Positions 48,486-62,601 of a stretch of DNA of 64,000 bases are shown here, one piece after another. Made by a program: the position numbers and the translations under genes. How positions within the stretch are numbered: position 1 is the stretch's first letter; the number at the start of each line of letters is the position of its first letter. The DNA is taken from NCBI GenBank assembly GCA_951406725.2, contig OX597838.1:41044001-41108000 (forward strand), in the 5' to 3' direction. Origin of the DNA: Octopus vulgaris (taxonomy: Eukaryota). The notes beneath the pieces are model-generated. The model made no database searches. It was given only the letters and a program-made list of their open reading frames with translations, and was not told the DNA's origin.

Positions 48486-49660
48486 AACAACCCGAGGCCA
48501 TCAATACGGTGCCACATTTTGTCCATGGAAATTATGAAATATCAATTGACTGGGGTTTTTTATTTCTCTATTTTTGTCACTTGCTGTGATATTTGCAGAG
48601 GGTGCATGCGGTTTGTGTGATGACAGGTGGCCTGGTGGTTAAGTTTTGCATTCATGATAGCAAGATCATGGTTTCAATTCATGGACCAGTTGTGGTGCAT
48701 TGTACTCTTGAGCAAAATACTTCCGTGTTATTCCAGTCCACTCAGCCGCCAATGAGTTCCAACAATAAGCTGGGAAGCAAGTTCCCCAGCGAACCAGTGT
48801 CCTTTCCAGAGAAGAGCTGTACAATCTGGAAACTGGGTTAATCAAGTCTGGCACTTATTCTTTCAGCCTGTATTGCTGAACTGTTATGGGGATGTAAACA
48901 AACCAGCACTGGTTGCCAAGCTTTGTGGGATGTTGACAAACAGTGACACACACATGTCTATGTATGTCTCTGTCTGCATACAGAAGGGGCTTCTGCACAG
49001 TTTCTATCTACCAAATTCACTCAGAAGCATTGATCTGTCTGGAGATGGGGCTATAGTCTACTATAGCCTCAGACAGACACTTGCACAAACTGCCATGCGG
49101 TGGGACTGAACCTGAAACCAAATGGTTCCATGGTGAGCTTCTTTATCTCATAGCCATACATGCAATGTTTAAAATTAAACAAATCTGCTTGATGACTAGC
49201 AAATACATTAGTTAAGTTGTGATTTGAATGGGATTAGGCTGCAGTTTCTAGCAGGTTGAGACTGCATAGAGCAGTGGTTCTCAACTGTGGCTCCCTGAGT
49301 TGCATGTGGCCCTCAAGTATCCTTCTGGCACCCCCATCCCCATGGTCTTCCCTCTGTAAATTCTTTTGTCATTTGTCATGCTGGAGCACTGCCTTAAAGG
49401 GTTTTAGTTGAAGAAATCGACCCCAGGACTTATTCTTTGTAAGCCTAGTACTTATTGTAGTGGTCCATTTTGCTGAACCGCTAAGTTACGGGGACGTAAA
49501 CACACCAGCATCAATGGTCAAGCGATGTTGGTGGGGGGACAAATACAGACACACAAGCACAGTTTGCTGAACTGCTAAGTTACAGGGACATAAAACACAC
49601 CAGCATTGGTTGTCAAGTGAAGGCCTGATGGTTGGGACATATGCAAATATGTGTGTGTAT

Positions 49661-50070
49661 ACTCTTTACTCTTTTACACGTTTCAGTCATTTGACTGCGG
49701 CCATGCTGGAGCACCGCCTTTAGTCGAGCAAATCAACCCCGGGACTTATTCTTTGTAAGCCCAGTACTTATTCTATCGGTCTCTTTTGCCGAACTGCTAA
49801 GTGACGGGGACGTAAACACATCAGCATCGGTTGTCAAGCAATGCTAGGGGTACAAACACAGACATGCAAACACATACACATACATACACTTATATATACA
49901 TATATACGACAGGCTTCTTTCAGTTTCCGTCTACCAAATCCACTCACAAGGCATTGGTCGGCCCGGGGCTATAGCAGAAGACACTTGCCCAAGATGCCAC
50001 GCAGTGGGACTGAACCCGGAACCATGTGGTTGGTTAGCAAGCTACTTACCACACAGCCACTCCTGCACCT
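49661..50070 (-). mobile_element. SINE family A
   Basis: Matches consensus; older SINE A pieces on both sides. Confidence 0.9.
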
Positions 50071-51081
50071 ATGATGAGTTTCTTTCAATTTCTGTCTACC
50101 AAATCCACTCAAAAGGCTTTGGTTGGCCTAAGGCTACAGAAGACACTCACCCAAGGTGTCACAGTGAGACTGAACCTGGAACCATGTGGTTGAGAAGCAA
50201 GCTTCTTACCACACAGCCACTCCTACGCCTATAAATTTTTTTCACTTGTTTCACTTAAAAGAAAAAATCCAGGTTTTGGATGTGGCCTGGATATTCAGAA
50301 TGTTGAGCACTGGAATAAATGTTCCTGAATAGTTTGAATTTATGTGAAGGTTACAGATAAAGGTATTACCTTTGAGCAGACACTTTGAAATTACATCTCA
50401 TCCAAGCAAGCATGAGGGAAAATGGATGTTAAATGATCGACTACTGTCCTACACCTGCTGAAAGTTGAGAATAAATCCATTTAGATTTGGCAAAGTACAA
50501 GGATACGGCTTTCTGGTGGTATTTAATATAAACAAGCAAAAGGTCCTCAATTGTGCAAATGGGAAGTGCTGCTATTTATGAAATCAATGAAATTCTGATG
50601 TGCATTTGCACTGCTCGGAAGTTGCCAAAAATAATTGTAAAAATGGGCACCAATTCAAATCTAGTGAATTTGAGAAATGGTACTGATTCCGAACTATGGC
50701 TGGTAGTCCCTTTCACCTGCCTTCTATTTGAGAAGGTTGAAGTTTGGTCAGACCTTTCAAAGAAGTTGTGAAAATTCTTTGGATAGGCAAAATGGTAAAG
50801 CTTCAGGAATTGCTTTTCCTAAGTTTTCATAAGTTTTCATAACTAAATATCTGAAAACAGGCATGGCCATTTAGGATAAACTAAATAAAAATTTTAAAAA
50901 GTAGGGGGGGGGGCACTTTTTAAAATTTTTATTTAGTTTATCCTAAATGGCCATGCTTGTTTTCAGATATTTAGTTAACTCTGGTTTCATGCATTCTGAG
51001 TAATATAAAACTTTCCTTTCATAAGTCCTAAATCACTCTGGTGCCCCGCTGCCAAAGAAAATTGGGAACGTGTATCAATTA

Positions 51082-51529
51082 CTAGCAGCATTGCCCGGGT
51101 ATGTAAAAGCCCCTAGTAGGCAACGACTAATCCCAATCTAGTCCTTTCCCTCTAGGGAACGAAGGCGCATGTGTAGGTTGCAATGTCTTCTCTTCACTCG
51201 AATACTTCCGTGTATACGATGTTCCTAGCTATCCCTTTGGGCAAAAACATGAAAACATCATTGCGCCTCCCAACGCGTGAACAGCCCACGAACAGTCCAG
51301 AAAATGTGTTGCATATAAAAAGCTTAGATTCTCGACCCCATGTCGAATTTATCGATTTTTTTCAGAACTGGGGGAACTTTTCAAAATTTTCGCTGCGTTA
51401 GTTTTGAATTATGACATTGGGCTATGTGTGTGTCAAGTTTCATCAGAATCGGTTGAAAGCCGTGGTCAGGGTGAGGGTACAACCTAACAGACACACAGAC
51501 AGACAAACTGCCGTTTATATAGAGAGAGA
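51082..51529 (-). mobile_element. Non-autonomous Helitron-like element
   Basis: TC...CTAG on the minus strand; homologous to 18807-19340. Confidence 0.75.
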
Positions 51530-51879
51530 TGATGCATGGAAATATGTCCTGTGTATCATGTGATACCTATGGCAGGCAAAGAGTTAACTGGACTTTAACA
51601 ATGTTTCCAGTTAATTCCTTGCTTAATAACTGGCAAAGTATCAGCGTTCTCGATGCAGGTCAGGGAGTTCAGTTGTCATTGATTGATCTCAAAAAGATGT
51701 CAAGACTGAAACAAAGTGGGTGTTTGTCACTAGGGATTTCTCTGCTGAACTGTGCTGATTACTGGGCACTGTAGTTGTGATCCTTAGTTCTGTTGTAACT
51801 GTTCTCAACCATTTTTGCCTACCATGGGCCAGTTTCATACAGGACAATTTTTTCATGAACTGGGGGGGGTCATGCCGGT

Positions 51880-52320
51880 ATCATCATCATCGTTTAACGT
51901 CCGTTCTCCATGCTAGCATGGGTTGGATGGTTCGACCGGGGATCTGGGAAGCCAGAAGGCTGCACCAGGCTCCAGTCTTATCTGGCAATGTTTCTACAGC
52001 TGGATGCCCTTCATAACGCCAACCACTCCGTGAATGTAGTGGGTGCTTTTTACGTGCCACCTGCACAGGTGCCAGGCGAGGCTGGCAACGGCCATGGTCG
52101 GATTGGTGTATTTTATGTGCCACCGGCAGGGAAGCCAGTCGAGGCGGCGCTGGCATCAGCCACGAGTCGGATAGTGCTTTTTACGTACCACCAAACCAGG
52201 GATCCTGGCTGGTTCGATTTCCCCAACATGTCTTCACAAGCAAAGGGGGTTGGCATGGGTGCCTGTCGTACGGTCGGATTGGTGTATTTTATGTGCCACC
52301 GGCACGGAAGCCAGTGGAGG
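51880..52320 (-). mobile_element. RTE 3'-UTR fragment with a few degenerate repeat units
   Basis: Homologous to 14370-14640. Confidence 0.8.
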
Positions 52321-53312
52321 TCTATTTGCATATTTAATGCAAAAACACCTTGCAGAATGCGATAGTCAATAAACCAGAAATAAAAATTAACGATCAATTT
52401 TTACGTGGCTTAGTACCAAATGATCTACAGCCTGGTGTTTGGGGCCCCTTGCTCTATTGTATGCTCTCAGAACAAGCCATTGTTTACCATTTGTTTGTTT
52501 CAGTCAATAGACTGTGCCCATGTTGGGGCACCGCCTTGAATTTTTAGTTGAATGAATCGACCCCACTACTTTTTTAAAGCCTGGTACTTATTCTGTTGGT
52601 TTCTCTTGCTGAACCACTAAGTTATAGGGATGTAAACAAATCAAGACCAGATGTCAAATAGTGGCAAGAGACACACATGACCAGTTTCTTTGCTTCCATC
52701 TACCAAATCCACTTGTAGGGCTTTGGTCAGCTCAAGGCTATAATAGACACTTGCCCAAGGTACCATGCAATGGGACTGAACCATATGGTTGGGAAGCAAA
52801 CTTCTTACCACACAGCCAAATTTCGGGAACGAGGGTGCGAATTTCAAAATGGTTGATCCCATGGTCTGACTGAATGAGAGCCAGAACTTAGATAACAACA
52901 AAACAACTGGTGCACTGAGTGAATGCACAACAGCCTACTTTGAAAGAACTTGTGGTTGACCAGCTGAAAGGTTCATTGAAGTTTGAATGAGGGTGTGGCT
53001 GTTTTCTACTTTGTGTGTGTTCATAGGTGGAAACCCATTTGCATAATATGTCATTTGTATTCCTGCTGTGTGTGATTTATAACCAATCTTCTACTGGTAC
53101 TTATCTATAACCCACACTGTCCTCTAGTAACCTGATCTGTTTCTTGTCAGGTTTGTTTCTGCACCACACAGCATTCAAAACCTCCTGTTGGTCTTTTGTA
53201 TCTACTTCAGTGACTAATTTTACCTCTTACTTATACTGTTCTTGTCACTAACCACTGACCTCCCCCCACCTCAATTCCCATATATTTCATAAGCATTTAT
53301 GTAGTCTTACTT

Positions 53313-53715
53313 ACTCTCTCTTTTACTCTTTTCAGTCATTTGACTGCGGCCATGCTGGAGCACCGCCTTTAGTCGAGCAAATCGACCCCGGGACTTATTC
53401 TTTGTAAGCCCAGTACTTATTCTATCGGTCTCTTTTGCCGAACCGCTAAGTGACGGGGACGTAAACACACCAGCATCGGTTGTCAAGCAATGCTAGGGGG
53501 ACAAACAGACACACAAACATATACACACACACACACACACTTATACATATATACGACAGGCTTCTTTCAGTTTCCGTCTACCAAATCCACTCACAAAGCA
53601 TTGGTCGGCCCGGGGCTATAGCAGAAGACACTTGCCCAAGATGCCACGCAGTGTGACTGAACCCGGAACCATGTGGTTGGTTAGCAAGCTACTTACCACA
53701 CAGCCACTCCTGCGC
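53313..53715 (-). mobile_element. SINE family A
   Basis: Matches consensus. Confidence 0.9.
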
Positions 53716-54205
53716 TTTGGTCATAGTTTTGTATTTCAATCCTATTTTGAAGATGCACTTGTTAACTGATATCTGTTTTATCTTTTTTGCTCGGACTATG
53801 GTCATGTTGGAGCACCACTTTGAAAGCTTTAGTTGAATTGACTTCCAGTACTTTTTCTCCTTTTTTTGTAAAGTCTGGCACTGATTTTATTGTTTCATTT
53901 ACCAAACTGCTGAGTTATAGGGATGTAAACATAGCAACACTGGTTGTGAAACAGTGGTAAGGGACAGAAGCAGGCTTGTTTTAGTTTCTGTCTGCCAAAT
54001 CCACTCACCAGGCATTGTTCAACCTGGAGTTATAGTAGTCACTTGCCCAAGGTGCTACGCAGTGGGACTTGGAACCTAAGACCACATGGTTGGAAAGCAA
54101 GCTTCTTACCTGCATTACTATGCAAATATATTATACGTTATATTTTATAATTTGTGATTATTCACTAGTCTTATCAATTGCAGAAATATTTGTAACAGAT
54201 ATACC

Positions 54206-54440
54206 TATTTCTTTACTGCCCACAAGGGGCTAAACATAGAGGGGACAAACAAGGAGAGACAAACGGATTAAGTCTATTATATCGACCCCAGTGCGTAACT
54301 GGTACTTATTTAATCGACCCCGAAAGGATGAAAGGCAAAGTCGACCTCGGCAGAATTTGAACTCAGAAGGTAGCGGCAGGCGAAATACCGCTAAGCATTT
54401 CGCCTGGCGTGCTAACGTTTCTGCCAGCTCACTGTCGCTA
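54206..54440 (-). mobile_element. SINE family B, full length
   Basis: 13-bp TSD taacagatatacc (54193-54205, 54441-54453). Confidence 0.9.
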
Positions 54441-55727
54441 TAACAGATATACCAACTTCATACTAATCTCTCATAGTGTGTGTACATGTGCACTCATATA
54501 TGTGAAGGTGCATGACCTAATGGTTGTGTGTGTTGCACTCACGATGGTGAGTTGAAATCTTGGACCAGTTGCACACTGTGCTCTTGACCAAAACACTTCA
54601 TTTCACATTACTCTTGTCCACTTAGCTCTAAATGAGTAACCATCCTGTGATGAACTAACCTTCTGATCAGGTGGGGGGGATGTTGGCTTGCTTGCCTAGC
54701 CTGTAGGCTGGTATCATTCATATTGCCACACACACACACACACATATATATGGTAATATGCCATACTTGAGAAGACCTGTCAAGCTGAGTGAAATTTTAG
54801 TTATGGCCAATGCAAGGTTGTGTAACTGGCACACGTGCCATTGGTGTGTAAAAGGCACTGTTCAAATGTAGGGCCTCATGGAGGCAGCAACAAGTGATTG
54901 AGACCTTTGGTGATATTCTGTGCTCGAGAAGATCTGTCAAGCCAAGTGAGATCATAGCCGTGGCCTGTGCCGGTGCTGCATAACTGGCACCTGTGCTAGT
55001 GGCATGTAAAAAGCATCCATTATACTCTTGGAGTGGTTGGCATTAGGAAGGGTATCCAGTGGTTAGAAACCATGCAAAATCAGACTGGAACATGGTGCAG
55101 CTTACCAGTTTTCAGTCAGTGTCCAACCCATGCCTGCATGGAAAATGGACGTTATATGTAGACAATGATGATATCTGTACAATGGTCTTCTTTCAGTTTC
55201 TGCCTACCAAATCCACTCACAAAGGCTTTGGTTTTCTCAAGGTGTCACAGTAGGACTGAACCCGGAACCATGTGATTGGGAAGTAAGTTTCTTTACCACA
55301 CAGCCACACTTGTGATTATTTTCATAAATATTCTCTTTTACCCGAAATACTGTATAGCGATATTACTATTGCTTATCCCTTATTTTTATACATCATGCCG
55401 TTGTGCCAGTAAAAGTGCATGACCTGGTGGTTGGGGTGTTGCACTCGTGATCACATGGTCATGGTTTCGATTCCTGGACTGGGCAGTGTGTTGTGTTCTT
55501 GAGCAAAACACTTCATTTCACATTGCTTCTGCCCCCTACATGAATGTTTTCCTTATTACTTTCATCAATCTCACAAGGCACCTTTGCATAAAACAATGAA
55601 ACATTGATGCACCAATTGTTTTAGACCCACCTGCAATGGGCTGGTGTTCCATTCAGCTGGTATATTGTGATCTTGGTCACTTGGAAACCGGGTAACTGAC
55701 TCTGAGTACCGGGACTAAAGATATAAA

Positions 55728-56460
55728 GGCGGCGAGCTGGCAGAAACGTTAGCAAGGCGGGCGAAATGCTTAGCAGTATTTCGTCTGCCGTTACGTTCTG
55801 TGTTCAAATTCTGCTGAGGTCGACTTTACCTTTCATCCTTTCGGGGTCGATAAATTAAGTACCAGTTACGCACTGGGGTCGATATAATCGACTTAATCCA
55901 TTTGTCTGTCCTTGTTTGTCCTCTCTGTGTTTAGCCCCTTGTGGGTAGTAAAGAAATAGGTATTTCATCTGCCGTTATGTTCCGAAGTCGACTTTGCCTT
56001 TCATCCTTTCGGGGTCGATAAATTAAGTACCAGTTACACACTGGGGTCGATATAATCGACTTAATCCATTTGTCTGTCCTTGTTTGTCCTCTCTGTGTTT
56101 AGCCCCTCGTGGGTAGTAAAGAAATAGGTATTTCATCTGCCGTTATGTTCCGAAGTCGACTTTGCCTTTCATCCTTTCGGGGTCGATAAATTAAGTACCA
56201 GTTACGTACTGGGGTCGATGTAATCGACTTAATCCATTTGTCTGTCCTTGTTTGTCCTCTCTGTGTTTAGCCCCTTGTGGGTAGTAAAGAAATAGGTATT
56301 TCATCTGCCGTTATGTTCTGAGTTCAAATTCCACCGAGGTTGACTTTGCCTTTCATCCTTTTGGGGTCAATAAATTAAGTACCCGTAATCGACTTAATCC
56401 CTTTGTCTGTCCTTGTTTGTCCCCTCTGTTTAGCCCCTTGTGGGCAATAAAGAAATAAGA
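55728..56460 (+). mobile_element. SINE B with one head and four tandem bodies
   Basis: Units restart at 55961, 56129 and 56297 (168-bp period). Confidence 0.92.
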
Positions 56461-57794
56461 ACAGCAATTCTTGGCTGTGCCTCTCAAGTATCTTTCTGGC
56501 AGCCCCTGCTAGTTTTCCCTCTGTACATAATAAATTTTTGTGTTTTACTTGTTTTGGTGCGTAGCAACTTGGGCAAGTGTAGTGGCTTCTACAGCCCCGG
56601 GCCAACCAAGGTGTTATGAGTGGATTTAGGAGACAAACTGAAAGGGGTGTGTGTGTGTGTTACTGCAGGCTCTTATTTTGACATCATGTGATGAATGCAT
56701 GTATGACAGTGATGCTCATTTACAGTGTTATGCATTTCCAGTCTTCCATGAAAACATGTCTGGCCAGGGGAGGAATATTACTTTACTTGGAAACAAGGGT
56801 TGGTAACAGGAAGGGTATCTGGCCATAGAAAATATGCCTCAACAGACTCTGTATGCATGCAAGTATAAAGTATGGATGTTCAAGGTCTCTCTTTCTCTCC
56901 CTCACTCTCTTGCTTGCTCTCTCACTTCATGGACTTCCTGTAGTTTATCAAATTCCCTTGTGTGACATTAGTCAACCTGGGGCTATTGTTGACTCTTACC
57001 TATGGTGGGACACCATGTAACCAGACCTCAAATCCAGTCTTAATCATGCAGCAATACTTGTACCAATATTGTGTATTTAACGATATATTAGCGACGGTCT
57101 TTAAAAGATAGTTGTGAGATTTGACTGCTACTTTGTGCAAGTTGAACAACCTTGTTCAAGCTGTTTGTTGCTCTGTCTGCCTGTTGGATATTTGACCCAT
57201 ATATGGCTGATTTTAAATGCTTAACTTTTTAGCATTCAGATTACTCTATCAAATGTAAAAACTTATCTACATTGTTTTGATTTAAATATATATTATCCTG
57301 GAGTTTTGCGATATCAATGATGTGATTGTTTTTAGAATGATGTAAGGTTGGTGTGAAAAGCTGGATCTGGCTGGAATTGAACATGAAACAAGTGGAATAT
57401 TTTGGCTGGATTTGGCCAGTTTCAAAGCCAAGGAGTTAAGGTAGATTTTTGGTTGCTATTTCTAGCTACTCGAATGCCTGCTTACATTGTCCTGTTAAGC
57501 TCATATGAATTGAGATTGTATTTGTCAAATCAAGCAGACTAAGTCCAACAGCTTTGCTCCAATGAACAATAGTAATCGCTGGTGAGGTTAGAACTCTTAG
57601 TCATGTGTTCAATAGTCCAGTATTTGGACCTCACTGCTATTATTCCTCGTCATGATTAAAAATACAGAAAATCAAAATAGTGATATGTAAGAAGATAAAT
57701 TATCATTCCATTGATAAATTCTTTATCTTAATTAGAAAATGAATTGTTCTCTCGTTGGGTTATTTTTGGAACCTTGCAGGATTATTTCCTATCA

Positions 57795-58260
57795 ACATAC
57801 AAGAAGTTCACTTTGAACAAAGCGAGTAATTACAATTATTGAATGGTGATTGAATTGGATGCTAGAATTGCAGGTGCTGGTGCAGTTATGTATCAGCTTC
57901 AGCATTTGGTCTGCAGAAGAGGAGAGATTGGTCAAAACACCAAACTCACTATCTTCAATTCAGTTTCTCTGTATATTCAGAGTTATGGTAACGAAAGAAT
58001 ATGATTCAAGTGGCTGAAATGGGGGTTTCTTCTGAAGGACCCTAGAAGTAATGGTACATGAGAGGGTGCATAGCTTGGAGATTGGGGGAGGCTCTTTAGG
58101 TTGAGCCAATATTTCTCTGCATTGATAGGTTACAGCTCTGGTACTGTAGACGTGTGGTTAGAATCGCAAGAAAATCAGTCACAAGACACTCAAGTTGAAC
58201 CAACTGGTAGATTGAGAGGTGGTCCAAGAATGAGATAGTTGAGGGGTGGACCAAGTCCAG
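57795..58260 (+). mobile_element. Old degraded RTE-type LINE 3' coding fragment
   Basis: Hand translation gives ELDARIAGAGAVMYQL...KLTIFNS...SYG and IQVAEMG, with stops and frameshifts. Confidence 0.6.
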
Positions 58261-59914
58261 TCAAAATATCCTACTTGTTTTGTGTTCAAACCAACCAGAT
58301 CCAGCTTTTCACACCAACCTTACAACATTCTAAAAATAAACCTAATTGAAATCTCAAAACTCCAAGATAATGAGGGGACGGACCAAGGATGAGGTAATAC
58401 TCATACTACCAGCTGGTCATGCTTGTGGATGTAGCCGGAAAGTTTAATGATGGTTGTTTCTGATAGATCCTTATAGCAAGAAGTGCTTCAGGACTCTACA
58501 TCCATGACCCACCCAGGAGTAGTGGGCAACGAGAATGGTTGGTTTGCTGTGGCATTTTTTTCTGACTTAGAATGATCCAACTTAGTAATGGTGAACTTGT
58601 AGTTTAAGTATGCACTAGTACGCCTAAGCTGGTTTACTGTTATTTTATTATCCAGAAATAAGGTGGAGTGAAAAAACAGTTTGCAATCTTGTGATTGTGG
58701 TTTTGATCCTTACAGCACGGCATTTTGGCCATATCTTCTACCCAATCTTTAGGTTGGCCCCCAACGTCCTTCCAATTCTTCTGAATGAAATTAGGTGGAT
58801 GCAAATCAGGGAAAAGCCTGTTGAAAGGGTTGTTCCTGTTGTTGAGTGGTACTCAATCTGTCACTCTGGGTTAAGCACAAGGACCTTACTCTGTGGGGTC
58901 CTTTTATGGAGTCCTCTGTTGCTGCCAGTGTTTAGACCTGGTTTGAGGATAGCCCACAAGTTGGGGTTTATTTCTCCCTTTGCCCTGTAGTCATGGTCAC
59001 TTTGCTAAAGGCTTTGGACATTGTTCTCCTCATCTCAATAAGCTATCTTTTTATTGCTAACATGTTTGTCATTAGATTGTGGCCATGCTGGGGTACCACC
59101 TTGAAGGGTTTACTTGTCACACACACATACATATCATTTTAATGCCCATAGTCCATGCTGGCATAGGTCAGATTCTACATTCATATTTGTAACTAGCTTC
59201 CATGCAGTTTCCATCTATCATATTCATTTCTTAAGGCATTGGTTGGTGTGGGGCCTATAGTAGAAGACACTTGCCCAGATTACTGTGCCATGGGACTGAA
59301 CCCAAAACCATGTGGTTGCAGAGCAAGCTTCTTAACCACTTGCACTAATAATCTTTTGTGCTTTAGGCAGAAGGCCTGAAATTTTGGGTGGAGAGGGCCA
59401 GTTGATTAGATTGACCCCAGTACACAACTGGTACTTTATCAACCCCAAAAGGATGAAAGGCAAAGTCGACCTTGGCTGAATTTGAACTCAGAACGTAAAC
59501 ACAGACGAAATACCACTAAGCATTTTGCCTGGCGTGCTAACGTTTCCGCTAGCTTGCCGCCTTATTACCTGCACTAACAATAACAAAAAAAATCCATATT
59601 GCTAACATGGTTCAATTCTTTTATTTGTTTGTTTACTTTGGTCTTGGTTAGTTGTAATTAACATTGATGTGACCTATATTCAGTGTAGTTGAAGTTAACT
59701 AGTAAATTATATAGGTATAAACAGCAGGGATTACATTGATCTCAGTTAAGGTGTCAATTCAAAACATGTGCAGGGACAGAATTCAATGCCATAGGGTCCT
59801 GGGACTGAACCCAGAATCATACAACTGGGAACCAATCTGCTTACAGTTACACGTGCACCTATTTATATAAAAACCTTAATTCAAACTCAGGATTTTGCTA
59901 GTAAATTAACCATT

Positions 59915-60320
59915 ACTCTCTTTTTACTCTCTCTCTTACTTGTTTCAGTCATTTGACTGCGGCCATGCTGGAGCACCGCCTTTAGTCGAGCAAATCGACC
60001 CCGGGACTTATTCTTTGTAAGCCCAGTACTTATTCTATCGGTCTCTTTTGCCGAACCGCTAAGTGACGGGGACGTAAACACACCAGCATCGGTTATCAAG
60101 CAATGCTAGGGGGACAAACACAGACACACAAACACACACAAACATATATATACATATATACGACAGGCTTCTCTCAGTTTCCGTCTACCAAATCCACTCA
60201 CAAGGCATTGGTTGGCCTGGGGCTATAGCAGAAGACACTTGCCCAAGATGCCACGCAGTGGGACTGTACCCGGAACCATGCGATTGGTTAGCAAGCTACT
60301 TACCACACAGCCACTCCTGC
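59915..60320 (-). mobile_element. SINE family A
   Basis: Matches consensus. Confidence 0.9.
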
Positions 60321-60719
60321 AACTATGAACAAAATATTCGTTTTAAATTCTGGTACAAGGCCAGCAATTTTAGGGATCGTGGTAAGTTGATTATATCAAC
60401 CACAGTGCTCTGCTTGTACTTAGTTTATCAACCCACAAAAGGATGAAAGGCAAAGTTGACCTTAGAACATTAAAGATGGATGAAATGCCATGGCTGGAGT
60501 GTTAAAAATTCTACCAGCTTGTTGCCTTATAATACATGCATATTACTTATGCAAAAACACCCGGCAGACTGTGGATAGTCAATATAATAAATTTTAAAAT
60601 TTCTTTGTGGTTCGATGGTTGGAGACCCCTGCATTTGAAGACAGTGAATCTGTTTATTTTTTCTACTTAAAACTGTTGCTTCAAAATTTGGCCATTTGAG
60701 AGCAAAGTATCATGGCCAT

Positions 60720-61092
60720 CATCATCTTCATTGTTCGACCGTGGTCGAGACAATGGAATTTACCATGCTACACCAGACTTCACGGTCCATCATGGCATTA
60801 CGGAGGTCCTGTTGCTGGATGCCTGTATCCCTGGAGATTACATTAGGGTAGGAGAGTGTGCGCCCTCTGGTATTGCGAGTAGATGGCTTCCAGAGGAGAA
60901 GAGTAGAAATTACCTCTTTTTCAGCTCTACAACAATGTCCAGCAAACTGGACTCTCCTACCTTTCACAAGAGATGACACAGGTGGTAGTTTCCCATATAT
61001 TTGTACTTTGGTTGGATGACGCTTCCACAAGAGATTTTGAGCTGTCATAAGGAGGCGAGTGTAGGTTCCATCCAACTGCCTCTCAAGCTTCT
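60720..61092 (-). mobile_element. RTE-type LINE 3' fragment (SIVSTTVEQ family)
   Basis: ORF 60728..61099; flanked by tggccat direct repeats. Confidence 0.85.
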
Positions 61093-61104
61093 TGGCCATA
61101 GATA

Positions 61105-61890
61105 TGTGGTGGCATCAAAAAGTTCCTGGACTACTTCAGTAGCGTGCTAACAAATGGCAGCACACAGTCGCATGTGCAGTGAGAGCTAGCAGTGACCTTT
61201 ATGAGGCAGTGTGCCAAGGGACATCACTTGGATGTGATGTGCCCACTTCAAGTTTTGAAATTTGTGTTTTTGTGATCACGTGTATGTTGTAGTCTGCAAT
61301 TTTGTCATGGACAGGAACGAAGAACCAACCTGAAATTTTGCTCTAAACTTAGGAAGTCTGCTACAGAGACATTGAGCATGCTTCTGGCGACAAGGCAGTA
61401 GGTCGTAAACAAAGTTTCAAGTGGCATGGCATGAGCGCTTCTAAAGCGGAAGAATGTCTCCCTGGAAATATGGTATTTTGCATCGAGAGAGTTCTGTGAT
61501 GTTTTTGAAGTGTTTAAGGGAGGATATTAGGTGAAAGTAACTGGATCTGTGGAGCATAAAGAATTGGATTCTTCACAGAGTTCTCCTCTCCAAAACATGG
61601 TTTCGCTCCTGCACCCTCCCTATTCATCAGATTTGGCACCTGCAGACTATGAGCTCTGAGATGAAAATGCAGCTCAGAGGTCGCTGTTTTAACACCATAG
61701 TCGAGACCCAGAGTGAATTGCAGAAGGTCATTGACTTCCAGGTCAGATTCCAAAAGTGGCAGGACTGCTGGGACCTGTGTATTGCTATGCAAGGTGCCTA
61801 TTTCGAAGATGACATTAAAACTTAGGTAAATGTTTTTTTTAATTTTTTTTTTTATTAAACATAGTCTGGGAACCTTTTGGTACCACCTCA
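61105..61890 (+). mobile_element. Internally deleted mariner with both TIRs
   Basis: TA-tgtggtggcatcaaaaagttcctggact ... agtctgggaaccttttggtaccacctca-TA; relic HPPYSSDLAPADY. Confidence 0.8.
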
Positions 61891-62601
61891 TATAATGTTG
61901 TGTTAGAGATGATATACGACCCATTGACCTTTGGGTTTCAACGTTCCTTATCAAGGCCCAGCTTCACATGTAACCCACTTCCAAATTATTGTGAATGGTG
62001 GTGTTGCATTAATCAGCTATATTACCATGTATTCTGGAATCTAGGTCTTTTATCTATTTTTAACTGAGGTAAAATAAACCTAAGAGCATAGTGTTTAGCC
62101 CCCTCCTCCCACTTCCCTTTAAAAGATAATTTCTGCATATACAAATGGTTCTAGATTTAAATGTAGTTGATGTACCATTTGTTTGGTGTAAATATTTAAG
62201 TTTTAGTTATATTTGACTTGTTTCAATAATAGCATTGTGGCCATACTGGTGCACTGCCTTGAATTTTGTCCAGCAAGTTGACTCAAACTCTTATTTACAT
62301 CTGGTACTTAGCTGGTCTTTTTCTGTGTACCAAATTCACTCACAAGACAATAGTTGGTATAAGACTTTAGTATAAGATACTTGCACAAAGGTGCTCCGTT
62401 GTGGGACTGAATTTAAAGCCAAATGATTGCAAGGTGGAATTCTTAACCACACAGCCACTGTCTCTGTATGTGATAGACAAAAACAATATTTAACATGTTA
62501 GTTCTTCATTTATTTGAAATTAGGCAGTTGACACTTTTTGTTTTGAATGACAGAAGAATGTATATTGTGTGAGTGGGTTATTTCTTTTGTAAATAACCCA
62601 T

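Noticed and set aside
57770-57830. + strand exon after ttgcAG
   Set aside because: Following sequence translates as degraded RTE LINE coding sequence.
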